The translations under genes were made by a program, and so were the position numbers. A stretch of 57,081 bases of DNA from Alphaproteobacteria bacterium UBA2964 (GTDB lineage Bacteria > Pseudomonadota > Alphaproteobacteria > MPNO01 > UBA2964): contig CAJJCG010000084.1 of assembly GCA_905182615.1 (NCBI GenBank), positions 1-57,081 of the forward strand, read 5' to 3'. The notes beneath the pieces are model-generated. The model was not told the origin of the DNA and ran no database searches. It was given only the letters and a program-made list of their open reading frames with translations. Shown here piece by piece: positions 9,834 through 19,691 of this stretch; position 1 is the first letter of the stretch; each line of letters opens with the position of its first letter.

Positions 9834-10823
9834 GTGACGAAATTGCCGGTAACAATGGCCTGTGGCCCTTACGACAGAATGGAAGCGCTTAGTACTGGAA
9901 CGATCCAGCCAGAAGGTATTGACCTCCGATACATCGCCATTCAATCCCCTCCGGAAATTTTTGCCCGAATGATCAAAACACGCTCATTCGATGTCGCGGA
10001 AATGTCACTGGCTCATTACTTAATCTCAAAAATTCGCGGTGACTTTCCCTATGTCGCCATACCCGTATTTCCGTCTCGGGTATTTCGTCACGGCTTTGTT
10101 TTTATTAACAAAAATGCCAATATAAAAACTGCTAAAGATTTGGAAGGAAAACGAGTAGGTGTCCAGGAATACCGACAGACCGCCGGGGTCTGGGTACGCG
10201 GTATTTTGCAAGACGAGTTTAATGTCGACATGGACTCCATCCATTGGTTCGAAGGAGGCGTGAACACTCCCCGTGCCGAAGATAATGAAATGGACCTCCG
10301 CCCCACTAAAGAGTTACAGCTGACAATCATTCCAGGGGACAGATCCCTCAATGAGATGCTCGAAGCAGGTGAAATTGACGCCTATTTCGGTGCCCGTAGG
10401 CCTGATGCCCTGCATGAGGGGCAAAACGTCACGAGATTGTTCCCTAATTACCGTGAACTGGAAAAATCCTATTACCAGAAAACCGGTATTCACCCGATCA
10501 TGCACACATTAGTCATTCGCGACGAACTTTATGCCGAACACCGTTGGGTGGCAGAAGCGCTCTTCAAGGCCTGCGAACAATCAAAAAGCTGGGCTATCGA
10601 ACAAATGCGGTTTTCGGGCGCTCAACGTCTCATGCTTCCCTGGCTGCATGACGAAATCGAAGAAATGCAGGCGCTGATGGGAGCCAACACATGGGCCTAT
10701 GGCGTCGATCCTAACCGGGGAACACTCGAGACCTTTATGAAACATTTGGTCGATCAGCATTTCCTCGCAAAGGCTGAACCCATCGACGATTACTTCACGC
10801 CAATCATTTCCTGGAGCGAATAG
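9834..10823 (+). CDS. 4,5-dihydroxyphthalate decarboxylase (PhtD/OphC)-like periplasmic-binding-fold protein
   Basis: ACGPYDR, FDVAEMSLAHY, IPVFPSRVFRH, GIHPIMH, WAYG; no signal peptide; GAGGAG RBS before GTG 9834. Confidence 0.8.
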   Translation: MTKLPVTMACGPYDRMEALSTGTIQPEGIDLRYIAIQSPPEIFARMIKTRSFDVAEMSLAHYLISKIRGDFPYVAIPVFPSRVFRHGFVFINKNANIKTAKDLEGKRVGVQEYRQTAGVWVRGILQDEFNVDMDSIHWFEGGVNTPRAEDNEMDLRPTKELQLTIIPGDRSLNEMLEAGEIDAYFGARRPDALHEGQNVTRLFPNYRELEKSYYQKTGIHPIMHTLVIRDELYAEHRWVAEALFKACEQSKSWAIEQMRFSGAQRLMLPWLHDEIEEMQALMGANTWAYGVDPNRGTLETFMKHLVDQHFLAKAEPIDDYFTPIISWSE

Positions 10824-10843
10824 AGCCCTGAACGCAGGCTCTA
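10821..10843. terminator. Short hairpin between convergent genes
   Basis: tagagcc-N9-ggctcta inverted repeat spanning the two stop codons. Confidence 0.35.
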
Positions 10844-12325
10844 TTCCGCCGCACTTGGCTGAGTCAGAGCAGCTTTGTGATCCGGCAAAATGATTTCTCC
10901 GTCATCGACGAGCTTCTGGACGGCATCTTCGACCGCTGTTCCCTTGAAAAAATCCGGGTCCATCTGCACATGAAGTTCGGCAACGTTCTTGAACATAAAG
11001 CTGCGGAAATCGTCATCGGTAATCAGGTCCTTCTCGACCAATTCATGTGCTTCAGCGACTGGCAAACGAATGTCAGGGACGTCCCAATGACCGATATCTG
11101 AACTAAACAGCGCCTTCAGCTTCACATCAAAATGGTTCAGCTCCGAATTAAATCCAACGGCATTCATTCGGTCATCAGCCTCACATCCGAAATAGAAATT
11201 CGGTATGAACAGATCACGGATATCTTCCTCGCTTACCGCCTGACAAAACCGGAAATCGTCCAGGCTGCGATCATCCTCCCAATGGAACGAGAATAAGTTA
11301 TCGGCGTTCTCGCGGATGGAAATACGCTCCGCCGTCAAATAGTCATTGCCGTATTTCTCGAACATCGCGACCATGAGTTCCACATTAAGTTTAGCTGGGT
11401 CCATATGATCTTTGAGGTAGCCGACATTGCGCTTTTCCCAAAATTCACAGAGATCGTTATAGAGCGCACTTGCCCAACCAACGCCTCCTTCAAGAAATCC
11501 AAAATTTAGGGTCGGAAACCGGCGTGTCACTCCACCCATGAACATCGACCGACAAAGATGTTCGTTACCAACACCAAAGCTACCAAGTCGGTTATAGACA
11601 AAATTATCGGGAGACATGCGCCGAGCCGTGCTTTGTGACCCACCATGACCGGTAATAGCCACACCGAGTTCGACACAGCGCCGCCAGAACGGGTCGTAAT
11701 CCATTTCACTATCGATCGTGAATGAATGGATTTCCATCGTTTTGTCAGCCAACTCAGGTGCCGCAGCAGCCACCTCCGGTACCGGGCCACGCCACTCACC
11801 CGGAATAGACACGGTTTTCAACCCCAGCTCACCGACAGCGAACTCCAACTCGGCGAGAGCTTCTTCTGGCGAATGCATCGGGATCACCGCTGATGCCGTC
11901 ATGCGATCTGCGTAAGGCCCGAACATATCCGCATAGAGCATATTCAAGGCCCGATGGAGAGTTTGGCGCATTTCCGGTTCTCTGATCTGCTGCGCGCTCA
12001 GCCCTTCACTGGTATAGATAAAGGCGAAATCAATTCCAGCTTCTGCAAGCCGTTCATAGTAAAGACCAGGGAGCATTACGGTCGCCCGGTCTATCGTCAT
12101 CTCTCCTGACGGCGACGCCCAAAAGCCGTTTCTCTGTGCTGTCTTATTTCGGCGTTCCTGACGGGCCTCAAATGCCTTCAATACATCAGGCCCCGCGATC
12201 TGCTTTACAAAATCATGCAACGCAAAACGCGCTTCGATGACATGCGCGTCGGCATCAATGATGGGGTAGTCAATAGCGTCACGAATTTTGCTGACACTCT
12301 CGACCGGTTCACCGACCTGATACAT
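10841..12325 (-). CDS. Amidohydrolase superfamily (Amidohydro_2) protein
   Basis: IDADAHVIE metal motif, RRFPTLNFGFLEGG, FSSDIGHWD. Confidence 0.88.
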   Translation of the reverse strand: MYQVGEPVESVSKIRDAIDYPIIDADAHVIEARFALHDFVKQIAGPDVLKAFEARQERRNKTAQRNGFWASPSGEMTIDRATVMLPGLYYERLAEAGIDFAFIYTSEGLSAQQIREPEMRQTLHRALNMLYADMFGPYADRMTASAVIPMHSPEEALAELEFAVGELGLKTVSIPGEWRGPVPEVAAAAPELADKTMEIHSFTIDSEMDYDPFWRRCVELGVAITGHGGSQSTARRMSPDNFVYNRLGSFGVGNEHLCRSMFMGGVTRRFPTLNFGFLEGGVGWASALYNDLCEFWEKRNVGYLKDHMDPAKLNVELMVAMFEKYGNDYLTAERISIRENADNLFSFHWEDDRSLDDFRFCQAVSEEDIRDLFIPNFYFGCEADDRMNAVGFNSELNHFDVKLKALFSSDIGHWDVPDIRLPVAEAHELVEKDLITDDDFRSFMFKNVAELHVQMDPDFFKGTAVEDAVQKLVDDGEIILPDHKAALTQPSAAE

Positions 12326-12390
12326 GTCCTGCCTCCTAAATTATTCTACCAACGATGTCACCATAGTGACGGCCATAAATATAGGACCAA

Positions 12391-12424
12391 ATAAGAAAAC
12401 GGCGCGGAGAGTATCCGCGCCGTT
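12391..12424 (-). terminator. Rho-independent terminator
   Basis: Perfect 11-bp stem aacggcgcgga/tccgcgccgtt with 5-nt loop, followed by a U-rich tract on the minus strand, downstream of the hydratase/lyase gene. Confidence 0.8.
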
Positions 12425-12462
12425 CTGGTCTCCACCCAGCAAACCGGGAATTGGAAAACTTC

Positions 12463-13380
12463 TTATTTTTTCTTCTTAGCAGGAGTCTTCTTTTTGCGAG
12501 CGGCAGAAGCCCGTGGCTTGCCACCCTTCTCCGTCGTCTTGCCATCGGCAGCACCAACATAAGGTGAGAACACAGGGCGATAGGCCTTCTCATCGATGAA
12601 CTGACGGATGCCTTCAGCATAGGCATCATGTCCCCGAGCTGCATCACGGATCTTAATTTCTGCACCCTTGGCATTGAGATAATCCGCTGCTGCACGCCAG
12701 GACATATCCTGAGTGGCCCGGATCGCATGCTTGGTTGCACGCAACACGTTCGGGTTCTTCTCGAGCAGCTCTTTGGCAAGCTTGAGAGTTTCCTTGCGCA
12801 AATTCTTCTTAGGCACGGAATAATTCACCATGCCCATGTTCGCTGCTTCCTTGCCGGTAAAAGTACGACCGGTGCAGGCATAGAACATTGCGTCTCGCTG
12901 GCGGAAAAGGTCCGTGACCATTTTGGACACCATGCCACCCGGCAGAATGCCCCAATTGACTTCTGACAGGCAGAAAATCGCATCATCCGAAGCAACCGAG
13001 AAATCAGCGCAGATGCAATGAGTGAACGCACCGCCAATGCAAAAACCATTGACCATCGAAATCGTTGGCTTGCTGTACATCCACAGCTTCTCACTGCGCC
13101 AACGGCTGTCGGCACTCGCCTTTGCCTTAACTTCCGGCTTGCCATCAGTCTCCCGGAAATACTCCTTGAGATCTTGTCCAGCGCTATAGGAAACGCCTTC
13201 ACCAGTTAAAATCACCAACTTGGTGTCCGAGTCGGTTTCCAGCAGTGTCATAATTTCCATCATTTCAGCATGAAATGTCGGGCTCATGGCATTGCGTTTT
13301 TCAGGACGGTTGAAGGTCACCCAGGTGATCCCATCCTTTTGCTGATCAACTTTTACGCAGCTATATTTCTTCTTAAGCAT
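12463..13380 (-). CDS. p-hydroxycinnamoyl-CoA hydratase/lyase-like crotonase with Lys-rich C-terminal tail
   Basis: NRPEKRNAMSP, AGQDLKEYFRE, LSEVNWGILPG, LLEKNP.VLRA.K as in HCHL/Ech/FerB. Confidence 0.85.
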   Translation of the reverse strand: MLKKKYSCVKVDQQKDGITWVTFNRPEKRNAMSPTFHAEMMEIMTLLETDSDTKLVILTGEGVSYSAGQDLKEYFRETDGKPEVKAKASADSRWRSEKLWMYSKPTISMVNGFCIGGAFTHCICADFSVASDDAIFCLSEVNWGILPGGMVSKMVTDLFRQRDAMFYACTGRTFTGKEAANMGMVNYSVPKKNLRKETLKLAKELLEKNPNVLRATKHAIRATQDMSWRAAADYLNAKGAEIKIRDAARGHDAYAEGIRQFIDEKAYRPVFSPYVGAADGKTTEKGGKPRASAARKKKTPAKKKK

Positions 13381-13460
13381 CAATTTCCTCCCGTTAAAAA
13401 ACTAATTTCAACGCGCCACGGAAAATGGCACGCCTTTGGTTCACAAAAACACTTACTCTT

Positions 13461-15530
13461 TTAATCTCTCCGAACGGGCCGTACGTCAACCGCCCGCACT
13501 CCTTTTCCTTCTTCAAGGACAATCACCGGATTAACTTCGATCTCTGACAACCATGTCCGATGATCAACAAAAAAGTCTGATAGCGCGACTATAGATTTAG
13601 CCAATGCATCGACATCACGAGGCGCTTGACCGCGGAAACCCTCAAGCGCCTTTGCGCCGCGGAGCTCAGACAACATCTCTTTCGCATCCGCCTCATTTAT
13701 GGGTGCCAATCTCAAGGATACGTCTTTCATCAACTCGACAAAGATGCCCCCCAGCCCAACGACGACGAGCGGTCCAAAATCCGGGTCTTCCCGCACGCCA
13801 ACCAGCATTTCCAGCCCGTCGACCATTTCCTGGACCAGGAACCCACTAATCTTCTCAGCGCCTATCCTGTTCTGCAGGTCGATTGCCGCATCCCTGACCG
13901 CGTCAGCATCCCCTAAACCCAGGACGACGCCACCAGCTTCCGTTTTATGGCTTATTTCGTCAGAAACAATCTTCAGCACCACCGGAAAACCGATTTCGGT
14001 TGCCGCTACTGCAGCCCCATCGGGATCGGATGCCACCGTTTGCTTCGGTGCGGTCAGGCCGCGTGCCGACAACACTGCAGCAAGCCTGTCTTCGGATACA
14101 TTACTGGCTTCACCCGCCACATCAGGCAACTCAGGGAGCCCACGCCGCCGCGCCGCGCTATAGTGGACCAGCGCCTGCATCGAACGCACCATGGTCGGCA
14201 CACTGAACAAAAACGGCATGCCAGCGCCATCCTGAAACTCACGCAGGCCCGCATCACAATTCTGTGCCATTCGGGTAAAGGCGAAGATCGGTTTGTCCGT
14301 GGAGTCTTTAAGCTTGATATAGCTTTCAGGCGTCTTAACGGCATCATCGGCTAGTGGCACGCGGCCTTGCACCGCAATTATATCGACATCGTCATCGGCC
14401 GCGAACATTTCACAGAGTTCACAGAAATCCGGCACCTTGCCAGCCAGCGTCGACCCAGCATCCATCGGGTTGTGAACATCGACACCCTCTGGAACGAACT
14501 CATCCATTTTCTGAAAGGTTTCGGAGGAAAGTTCCGCAAGTTCTCCGCCTTCATCACCGACTGCCTCGAGGGTCAACCCTACGGCCCCACCACTCGTAGT
14601 GACGACTGCCAGCTTGTTGCCACGGGGCAAGCGCTTCTGTCGAAACGCCAAGGCAAAATCCACCATCTCATCAATAGATTTACAACGGGTAATGCCATAG
14701 CGGTGACACATAGCATTGAAAACATCGTCATCGACTGCAACCGCACCAGTATGAGTTTTTGCCTGTTCCTTTCCAAGCTCGCTACTGCCGAGTTTCATCA
14801 GGATTACTGGTTTCTTCGCTTCAAAGGCGCGGCGTGCCGCTTCCATAAACTCTTTGGGACGACGGATACTTTCGATCATGCCGACAATGATTTCCGTATC
14901 AGGGTCATCGACCAAAAAGTTGAGATAATCCGCGCTATCAAGGCCAAATTCATTGCCACATGACATGGCATAAGAAAAACCAAGCCCGCGTTGCGCGGCT
15001 TGCGCAAACCAATAGCCCAAAGTACCGCCCGAGTGGAATATACCACCCACCTCGCCTTTAGGGAGGTTCCGCAATCGCGTGGTCGGATATAGCTGAATAT
15101 CTTGCGGCAAGCAAAACAGACCCATGCAGTTGGGGCCGCACACCGAGAGACCAGACTCTGCGATAATGGCCTTAAGTTCTTCGCCGCGCTCCAGGCCAAT
15201 CTTTTTACGACCTTCGCCAAAACTCGCGGAGAATATCGTTGCCGCCTTCAAACCGTTATCGACACCTTCGCGGATCATATCGTTCACGAAACGGGCCGGA
15301 ACAATGACCAATGCATGATCGACGGCTTCCGGTAGAGAGGCAAAATTGGGATAAACTTTCTCGCCCCACAATTCTTCGCGGCGGGGATTGATCAAATAGG
15401 TCGGAACCGGAAAGCCCGCTTCCTTGAGGTTATTGAACAGGACACGGGACCAGCCGTCGCCGCCAGTTTCACTGGCTCCAACGATCGCGCTTGATTTTGG
15501 TTTTAATAGAGGATCTACGTTACGAAACAT
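13461..15530 (-). CDS. ADP-forming acyl-CoA synthetase (acetate--CoA ligase family, fused alpha-beta)
   Basis: GPNCMG, THTGA phospho-His, GFPVVLK...HKTEAGGV ATP-grasp, EIEVNP. Confidence 0.9.
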   Translation of the reverse strand: MFRNVDPLLKPKSSAIVGASETGGDGWSRVLFNNLKEAGFPVPTYLINPRREELWGEKVYPNFASLPEAVDHALVIVPARFVNDMIREGVDNGLKAATIFSASFGEGRKKIGLERGEELKAIIAESGLSVCGPNCMGLFCLPQDIQLYPTTRLRNLPKGEVGGIFHSGGTLGYWFAQAAQRGLGFSYAMSCGNEFGLDSADYLNFLVDDPDTEIIVGMIESIRRPKEFMEAARRAFEAKKPVILMKLGSSELGKEQAKTHTGAVAVDDDVFNAMCHRYGITRCKSIDEMVDFALAFRQKRLPRGNKLAVVTTSGGAVGLTLEAVGDEGGELAELSSETFQKMDEFVPEGVDVHNPMDAGSTLAGKVPDFCELCEMFAADDDVDIIAVQGRVPLADDAVKTPESYIKLKDSTDKPIFAFTRMAQNCDAGLREFQDGAGMPFLFSVPTMVRSMQALVHYSAARRRGLPELPDVAGEASNVSEDRLAAVLSARGLTAPKQTVASDPDGAAVAATEIGFPVVLKIVSDEISHKTEAGGVVLGLGDADAVRDAAIDLQNRIGAEKISGFLVQEMVDGLEMLVGVREDPDFGPLVVVGLGGIFVELMKDVSLRLAPINEADAKEMLSELRGAKALEGFRGQAPRDVDALAKSIVALSDFFVDHRTWLSEIEVNPVIVLEEGKGVRAVDVRPVRRD

Positions 15531-15575
15531 GATGCTATCTCGCTAAAATTATCTGACTTAAGCCGCCAATTTTTT

Positions 15576-16079
15576 TCAGGAAAACCGACCGGGTGATTTT
15601 CCATCTGCCACACCGTCTGGCCGCGGCAATCCCTCAAGCGTATGGCACCCATCCCGATAACGACCAATGCCCTGCCCGGTGGCAACGATACGGCCAGTTT
15701 CGTCTTTTGCCTCAGCCACCGACATAAACATCGTCCGCCCGCCACCGGTCTTTTTAGACTCAATCGTTACTCGGCTGCCATGCTTTACCGGTAAGATGAA
15801 GTTAACAGTCAATGTCACTGTTGCGCCTGACCGATAGTTCCCAGGCACGGCGCAATAGATAGCAGCATGCGCCAGCGCCGTATCAATAACGGTCGACATG
15901 CACCCACCATGCAAAACACCTGTACCATTCAGAGTGTGCTCTTCGACATCGAACTCAATCAAGCAGCGATCCAGCTCCCATTCAACAAGACGAATACCGA
16001 TATTATCAGCAAACGCTGCAAACTCTTTCAGCGTAGGCCGCGCAGGCCGGAGTTCAGGCTTTTCTGTTTTATTAGCCAT
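15576..16079 (-). CDS. PaaI family hot-dog thioesterase
   Basis: LNGTGVLHGGCMSTVID, TVTLTVNF motif. Confidence 0.9.
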   Translation of the reverse strand: MANKTEKPELRPARPTLKEFAAFADNIGIRLVEWELDRCLIEFDVEEHTLNGTGVLHGGCMSTVIDTALAHAAIYCAVPGNYRSGATVTLTVNFILPVKHGSRVTIESKKTGGGRTMFMSVAEAKDETGRIVATGQGIGRYRDGCHTLEGLPRPDGVADGKSPGRFS

Positions 16080-16087
16080 AGGAACTT

Positions 16088-17245
16088 TTACTCCCCGTAA
16101 TCGCGCAAGATCTGGCGCGCCAGAGCCATTTTTAGAATTTCAGTCGGCCCTTCAGTAATGACCATACTGCGCTGGTCACGGAAGAACTGCTCAATGGGTA
16201 GGTCCTTGGTGAGCCCCATACCGCCATGAATCTGCATGCAGCGATCTGCCGCCTGAAACGACATTTCGTCACCGAAATATTTGCACATATACGATTCTTT
16301 GCGAACGTCCTCACCCTGATCGGCACGCCACGATGCGTTGTAGACCATAAGCTGCAGCTGATGCCGGTTCTGGAACATATCAACCAACATATTCTGCACT
16401 GTTTGCCGCGACGACAATTTCGCGCCAAAAGTTGATCGCTGATTGGCATAAGTTGCAGCGAGCTCCAAACAGCGCGTGATAACGCCAACGCCACGAGCAC
16501 CATGCCGCAAACGGCCCTCCGTCAGCCAGCTTTGCGCGGCACGCATGCCATCACCTTCCTCACCAACGCGCTGAGAAGCTGGGACCCGGACATTCTCAAA
16601 TAATATTTCCCATGGCCGGTCGGCGATCATCATGTCTTGTTGACGTAGCTTTGTGATACCGGGCGCATCCATATCAACAAGAAACACCGTCAGCCCGCCA
16701 CGCGATCCTTTTTCCCGGTCAGTAGCCGTTACGATCTGAGCAAAATCTGCGTTACTTGCCCCAGTAATGAAACGTTTATGACCGTTGATAATGTAGTCGT
16801 CGCCATCTCGAACCGCCGTCGTCCTGATGCCACCGGGGTCGCCACCCGCTTCAGGTTCCGTCTGACAAAAACAGCTGGTCTTCTCACCTTTGACAACCGG
16901 ATAGAGAAAGCGCTCTTTTTGCTCATCATTAAGGGAATAAAGAATAGGGCTGACACGGGGGCCGAAAATCGACGCGTTTCGGGCCGGAACAGCAATAGTG
17001 CGCGCCATTTCCTCCCACATGACCGCTTTCGATAGATGACCAAGACCGAGGCCACCATACTCCTCCGGCACGTCAAACAACCAAAGCCCAAGGTCCCTCG
17101 CCTTTTCTTCCAGTTTTTCTTGGACGCCAGGCAAAAATTCTGTGCCGTCATTGGTTTCACGCTCAATCGGAATGAGCTCAGTATCGACAAACCGCCGAAG
17201 GTTATCCTTCAGCATTTGCAATTCTTCCGGAAGATTGAAATCCAT
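16088..17245 (-). CDS. Acyl-CoA dehydrogenase
   Basis: QTEPEAGGD, INGHKRFIT, QIHGGMG, ITEGPTEI. Confidence 0.93.
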   Translation of the reverse strand: MDFNLPEELQMLKDNLRRFVDTELIPIERETNDGTEFLPGVQEKLEEKARDLGLWLFDVPEEYGGLGLGHLSKAVMWEEMARTIAVPARNASIFGPRVSPILYSLNDEQKERFLYPVVKGEKTSCFCQTEPEAGGDPGGIRTTAVRDGDDYIINGHKRFITGASNADFAQIVTATDREKGSRGGLTVFLVDMDAPGITKLRQQDMMIADRPWEILFENVRVPASQRVGEEGDGMRAAQSWLTEGRLRHGARGVGVITRCLELAATYANQRSTFGAKLSSRQTVQNMLVDMFQNRHQLQLMVYNASWRADQGEDVRKESYMCKYFGDEMSFQAADRCMQIHGGMGLTKDLPIEQFFRDQRSMVITEGPTEILKMALARQILRDYGE

Positions 17246-17289
17246 CTCTTTACCTCTTGCTGCGATTAAGTTGTTATTTTTATTTGTTG

Positions 17290-18285
17290 TTATTTGTTTA
17301 AATCGACGACGATCCGCCCCCGTGTTTCGCCTTTAAGAATTTTCCCAGCCAATTCAGGCAATTTATCTAAAGACACCACTTCAGTGAGCGCATCCAATGA
17401 CTCAACAGAAAGGTCTGTCGCGAGACGCTGCCAGGCCGCTTTTCTTTGATCAAAGGGACACATCACCGAATCTATGCCGAGAAGCTTTACACCCCTCAAC
17501 AAGAACGGAATAACCGTCGAATTCAGATCCACGCCGCCTGCAAGACCGCAAGCCGCTACGGCGCCACGATATTTCATCTGCGGTAGAATTGATGCCAATG
17601 TATTGCCGCCCACAGCGTCAACAACGCCTGCCCAACGCTCAGAAGCAAGTGGCCTCTCCGGGACGACATCGAGCTCTTCGCGCGGAATAATTTCGTTGGC
17701 ACCTATGGATTTAAGATGATCTGCGAGCTGCGGCCGCCCAGTTGAGGCGTGAACCTCGTAGCCACACCCCGCCAGAATACCAATGGCCACACCACCAACA
17801 CCGCCATTGGCGCCTGTCACTAATACCGGCCCGCTGTCGGGCGTGATGCCATGAGCCTCCAGCTCCATGACAGCCAGCATTGCCGTAAATCCTGCCGTTC
17901 CGATGGCCATCGAGCGCTTCTCGGTCATCATCTCAGGCAATGGCACAAGCCAATCGGATTTCACGCGTGCCTTTTGAGCATAACCGCCCCAATGCGCCTC
18001 ACCGACACGCCAACCCGTTAAGACCACCTTGTCGCCAGCCTTATAACTGGCTGACTCCGAGGATTCGACGGTTCCAGCGAAATCGATACCGGGAACATGG
18101 GGGTAGTTTCGAACAAGACGGCCTATCCCCTTGAGAACCATGCCGTCTTTATAATTCAAGGTCGAATGGGAGATAGCGACGGTTACGTCACCTTCAGGAA
18201 GCTGATCATCGGTCAGCTGCTGAATTGACGCCGAAACAACTTTTTCCGCTTCGTCGAGAACCAAGGCACGAAATTCATCGGCCAT
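17290..18285 (-). CDS. acuI: Acrylyl-CoA reductase AcuI/YhdH (MDR family)
   Basis: STLNYKD, VPGIDFAG, MAIGTAGFTAML, PFLLRGVKLLGIDSV. Confidence 0.88.
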   Translation of the reverse strand: MADEFRALVLDEAEKVVSASIQQLTDDQLPEGDVTVAISHSTLNYKDGMVLKGIGRLVRNYPHVPGIDFAGTVESSESASYKAGDKVVLTGWRVGEAHWGGYAQKARVKSDWLVPLPEMMTEKRSMAIGTAGFTAMLAVMELEAHGITPDSGPVLVTGANGGVGGVAIGILAGCGYEVHASTGRPQLADHLKSIGANEIIPREELDVVPERPLASERWAGVVDAVGGNTLASILPQMKYRGAVAACGLAGGVDLNSTVIPFLLRGVKLLGIDSVMCPFDQRKAAWQRLATDLSVESLDALTEVVSLDKLPELAGKILKGETRGRIVVDLNK

Positions 18286-18377
18286 CTTGCATCTCCCTGT
18301 CTTCGTTTTCCCCCATTAAAGAGGTTTTCATCTTTTCTAGACCTGTCTCGCCGGAGGGTCAATCTGCGCACCTCGCA

Positions 18378-18406
18378 TTGACAACGGTCAGTCCCACTCC
18401 GATCAT
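18378..18406 (+). promoter_or_regulatory. Candidate sigma70 promoter (TTGACA-N17-GATCAT)
   Basis: Perfect -35 in the divergent acuI/ACAD intergenic region. Confidence 0.35.
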
Positions 18407-18443
18407 TAGGCAACAAAAAACATACCGCTAGGGAGACAAACGG

Positions 18444-19601
18444 ATGGAATATCCTCTTTCCGAAGAACACCAACTTTTCCGTGACACAATGCAACGGTTT
18501 GTCGACGAGGAGATGATCCCCGTTGAAATGGAGACCTGTGGCGAAGACGGACAGCTTAAGCCCGAATGGCGTGAAAAATATCATGCCCGCTCAAAAGAGC
18601 TCGGCCTCTGGAAGATGGAGGTCCCGGAAGAATATGGCGGCGTGGGTGCCGATCTGGTGTCGCTTTGTATTGTTTGGGAACAACTGGGGAGAACTGTCGC
18701 CGTCCCAACCCGCGGACTAGGCGGTATCATGGGGCCACAGGTTCGCGCACCGCTTTATGAGCTCAGCGATGAAATGAAGGAACATTATCTCTACCCGGTG
18801 CTCAACGGCGAAAAAGAAGCCTGCTTTGGACAGACCGAGCCCGATGCCGGTGGTGATCCCGGGGGCATGCGCACGACGGCCGTTCTCGAAGGCGATGAAT
18901 ATGTCATCAACGGCACTAAGCGATATATTACCGGAGCCGAAGAGGCCGATTTTTGCCAATTGTTAGCGGCAACTGACCGTGAGAAAGGCTCTCGCGGCGG
19001 AATCTCAATGTTCCTCGTGGATATGGATTTGCCCGGCGTTAACATCACTACGAAATTCGAGACAATGATGGGCGATTGGCCCTGCGAGATTCATTTCGAC
19101 AATGTTCGTGTCCCGGTCGAAAAGCGTATCGGCGAAGAAGGACAGGGCTTCGCACTTGGCCAGCGGTTTCTCGCAAATGGCCGACTGAAACACGGTTCAC
19201 GCGGCGTAGGCACAGCGCAACGTTGCCTCGACATGATGTGCGATTACGCCAAACAACGTGAAACGTTTGGCGAACCCCTGGCAAACCGACAATCCGTCCA
19301 ATGGATGATCACCGACACCTATGTCGAGCTGCAGGCGGCCCGGCTCATGGTCTATAACGTTGCCGCCAAAGCGGCAGAGGGCAGTATCGACCGAACCGAC
19401 GGGTTTATCCAAAAAATGTATGCTGATGAACTTGGCTTCCGGGCAGCTGACCGATGCCTCCAAATACATGGTGGAATCGGCCTGACCACAGATTTGCCGA
19501 TTGAAAAATTCTGGCGCCAGTCACGCAGTTTCCGGATTACAGAAGGCCCGACAGAAATCATGAAGATGGTCATCGCGCGTAATGTTTTGCGAGAATACTG
19601 A
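18444..19601 (+). CDS. Acyl-CoA dehydrogenase (paralog of 16088..17245)
   Basis: QTEPDAGGDPGGMRTTAV, ATDREKGSRGG, QIHGGIG, ITEGPTEI. Confidence 0.93.
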   Translation: MEYPLSEEHQLFRDTMQRFVDEEMIPVEMETCGEDGQLKPEWREKYHARSKELGLWKMEVPEEYGGVGADLVSLCIVWEQLGRTVAVPTRGLGGIMGPQVRAPLYELSDEMKEHYLYPVLNGEKEACFGQTEPDAGGDPGGMRTTAVLEGDEYVINGTKRYITGAEEADFCQLLAATDREKGSRGGISMFLVDMDLPGVNITTKFETMMGDWPCEIHFDNVRVPVEKRIGEEGQGFALGQRFLANGRLKHGSRGVGTAQRCLDMMCDYAKQRETFGEPLANRQSVQWMITDTYVELQAARLMVYNVAAKAAEGSIDRTDGFIQKMYADELGFRAADRCLQIHGGIGLTTDLPIEKFWRQSRSFRITEGPTEIMKMVIARNVLREY

Positions 19602-19691
19602 CAGAGGTATCGGCAGAAAGGTCCGTCATGGCGAAGAATCATTTCGACCCGGCGCCCAAACTTACAAACGGCAATAGCGAAAGATAAGATA

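Noticed and set aside
13426-13441. Sigma54 promoter (TGGCACG...)
   Set aside because: The -12 element is GT rather than GC and it points antisense to the flanking genes
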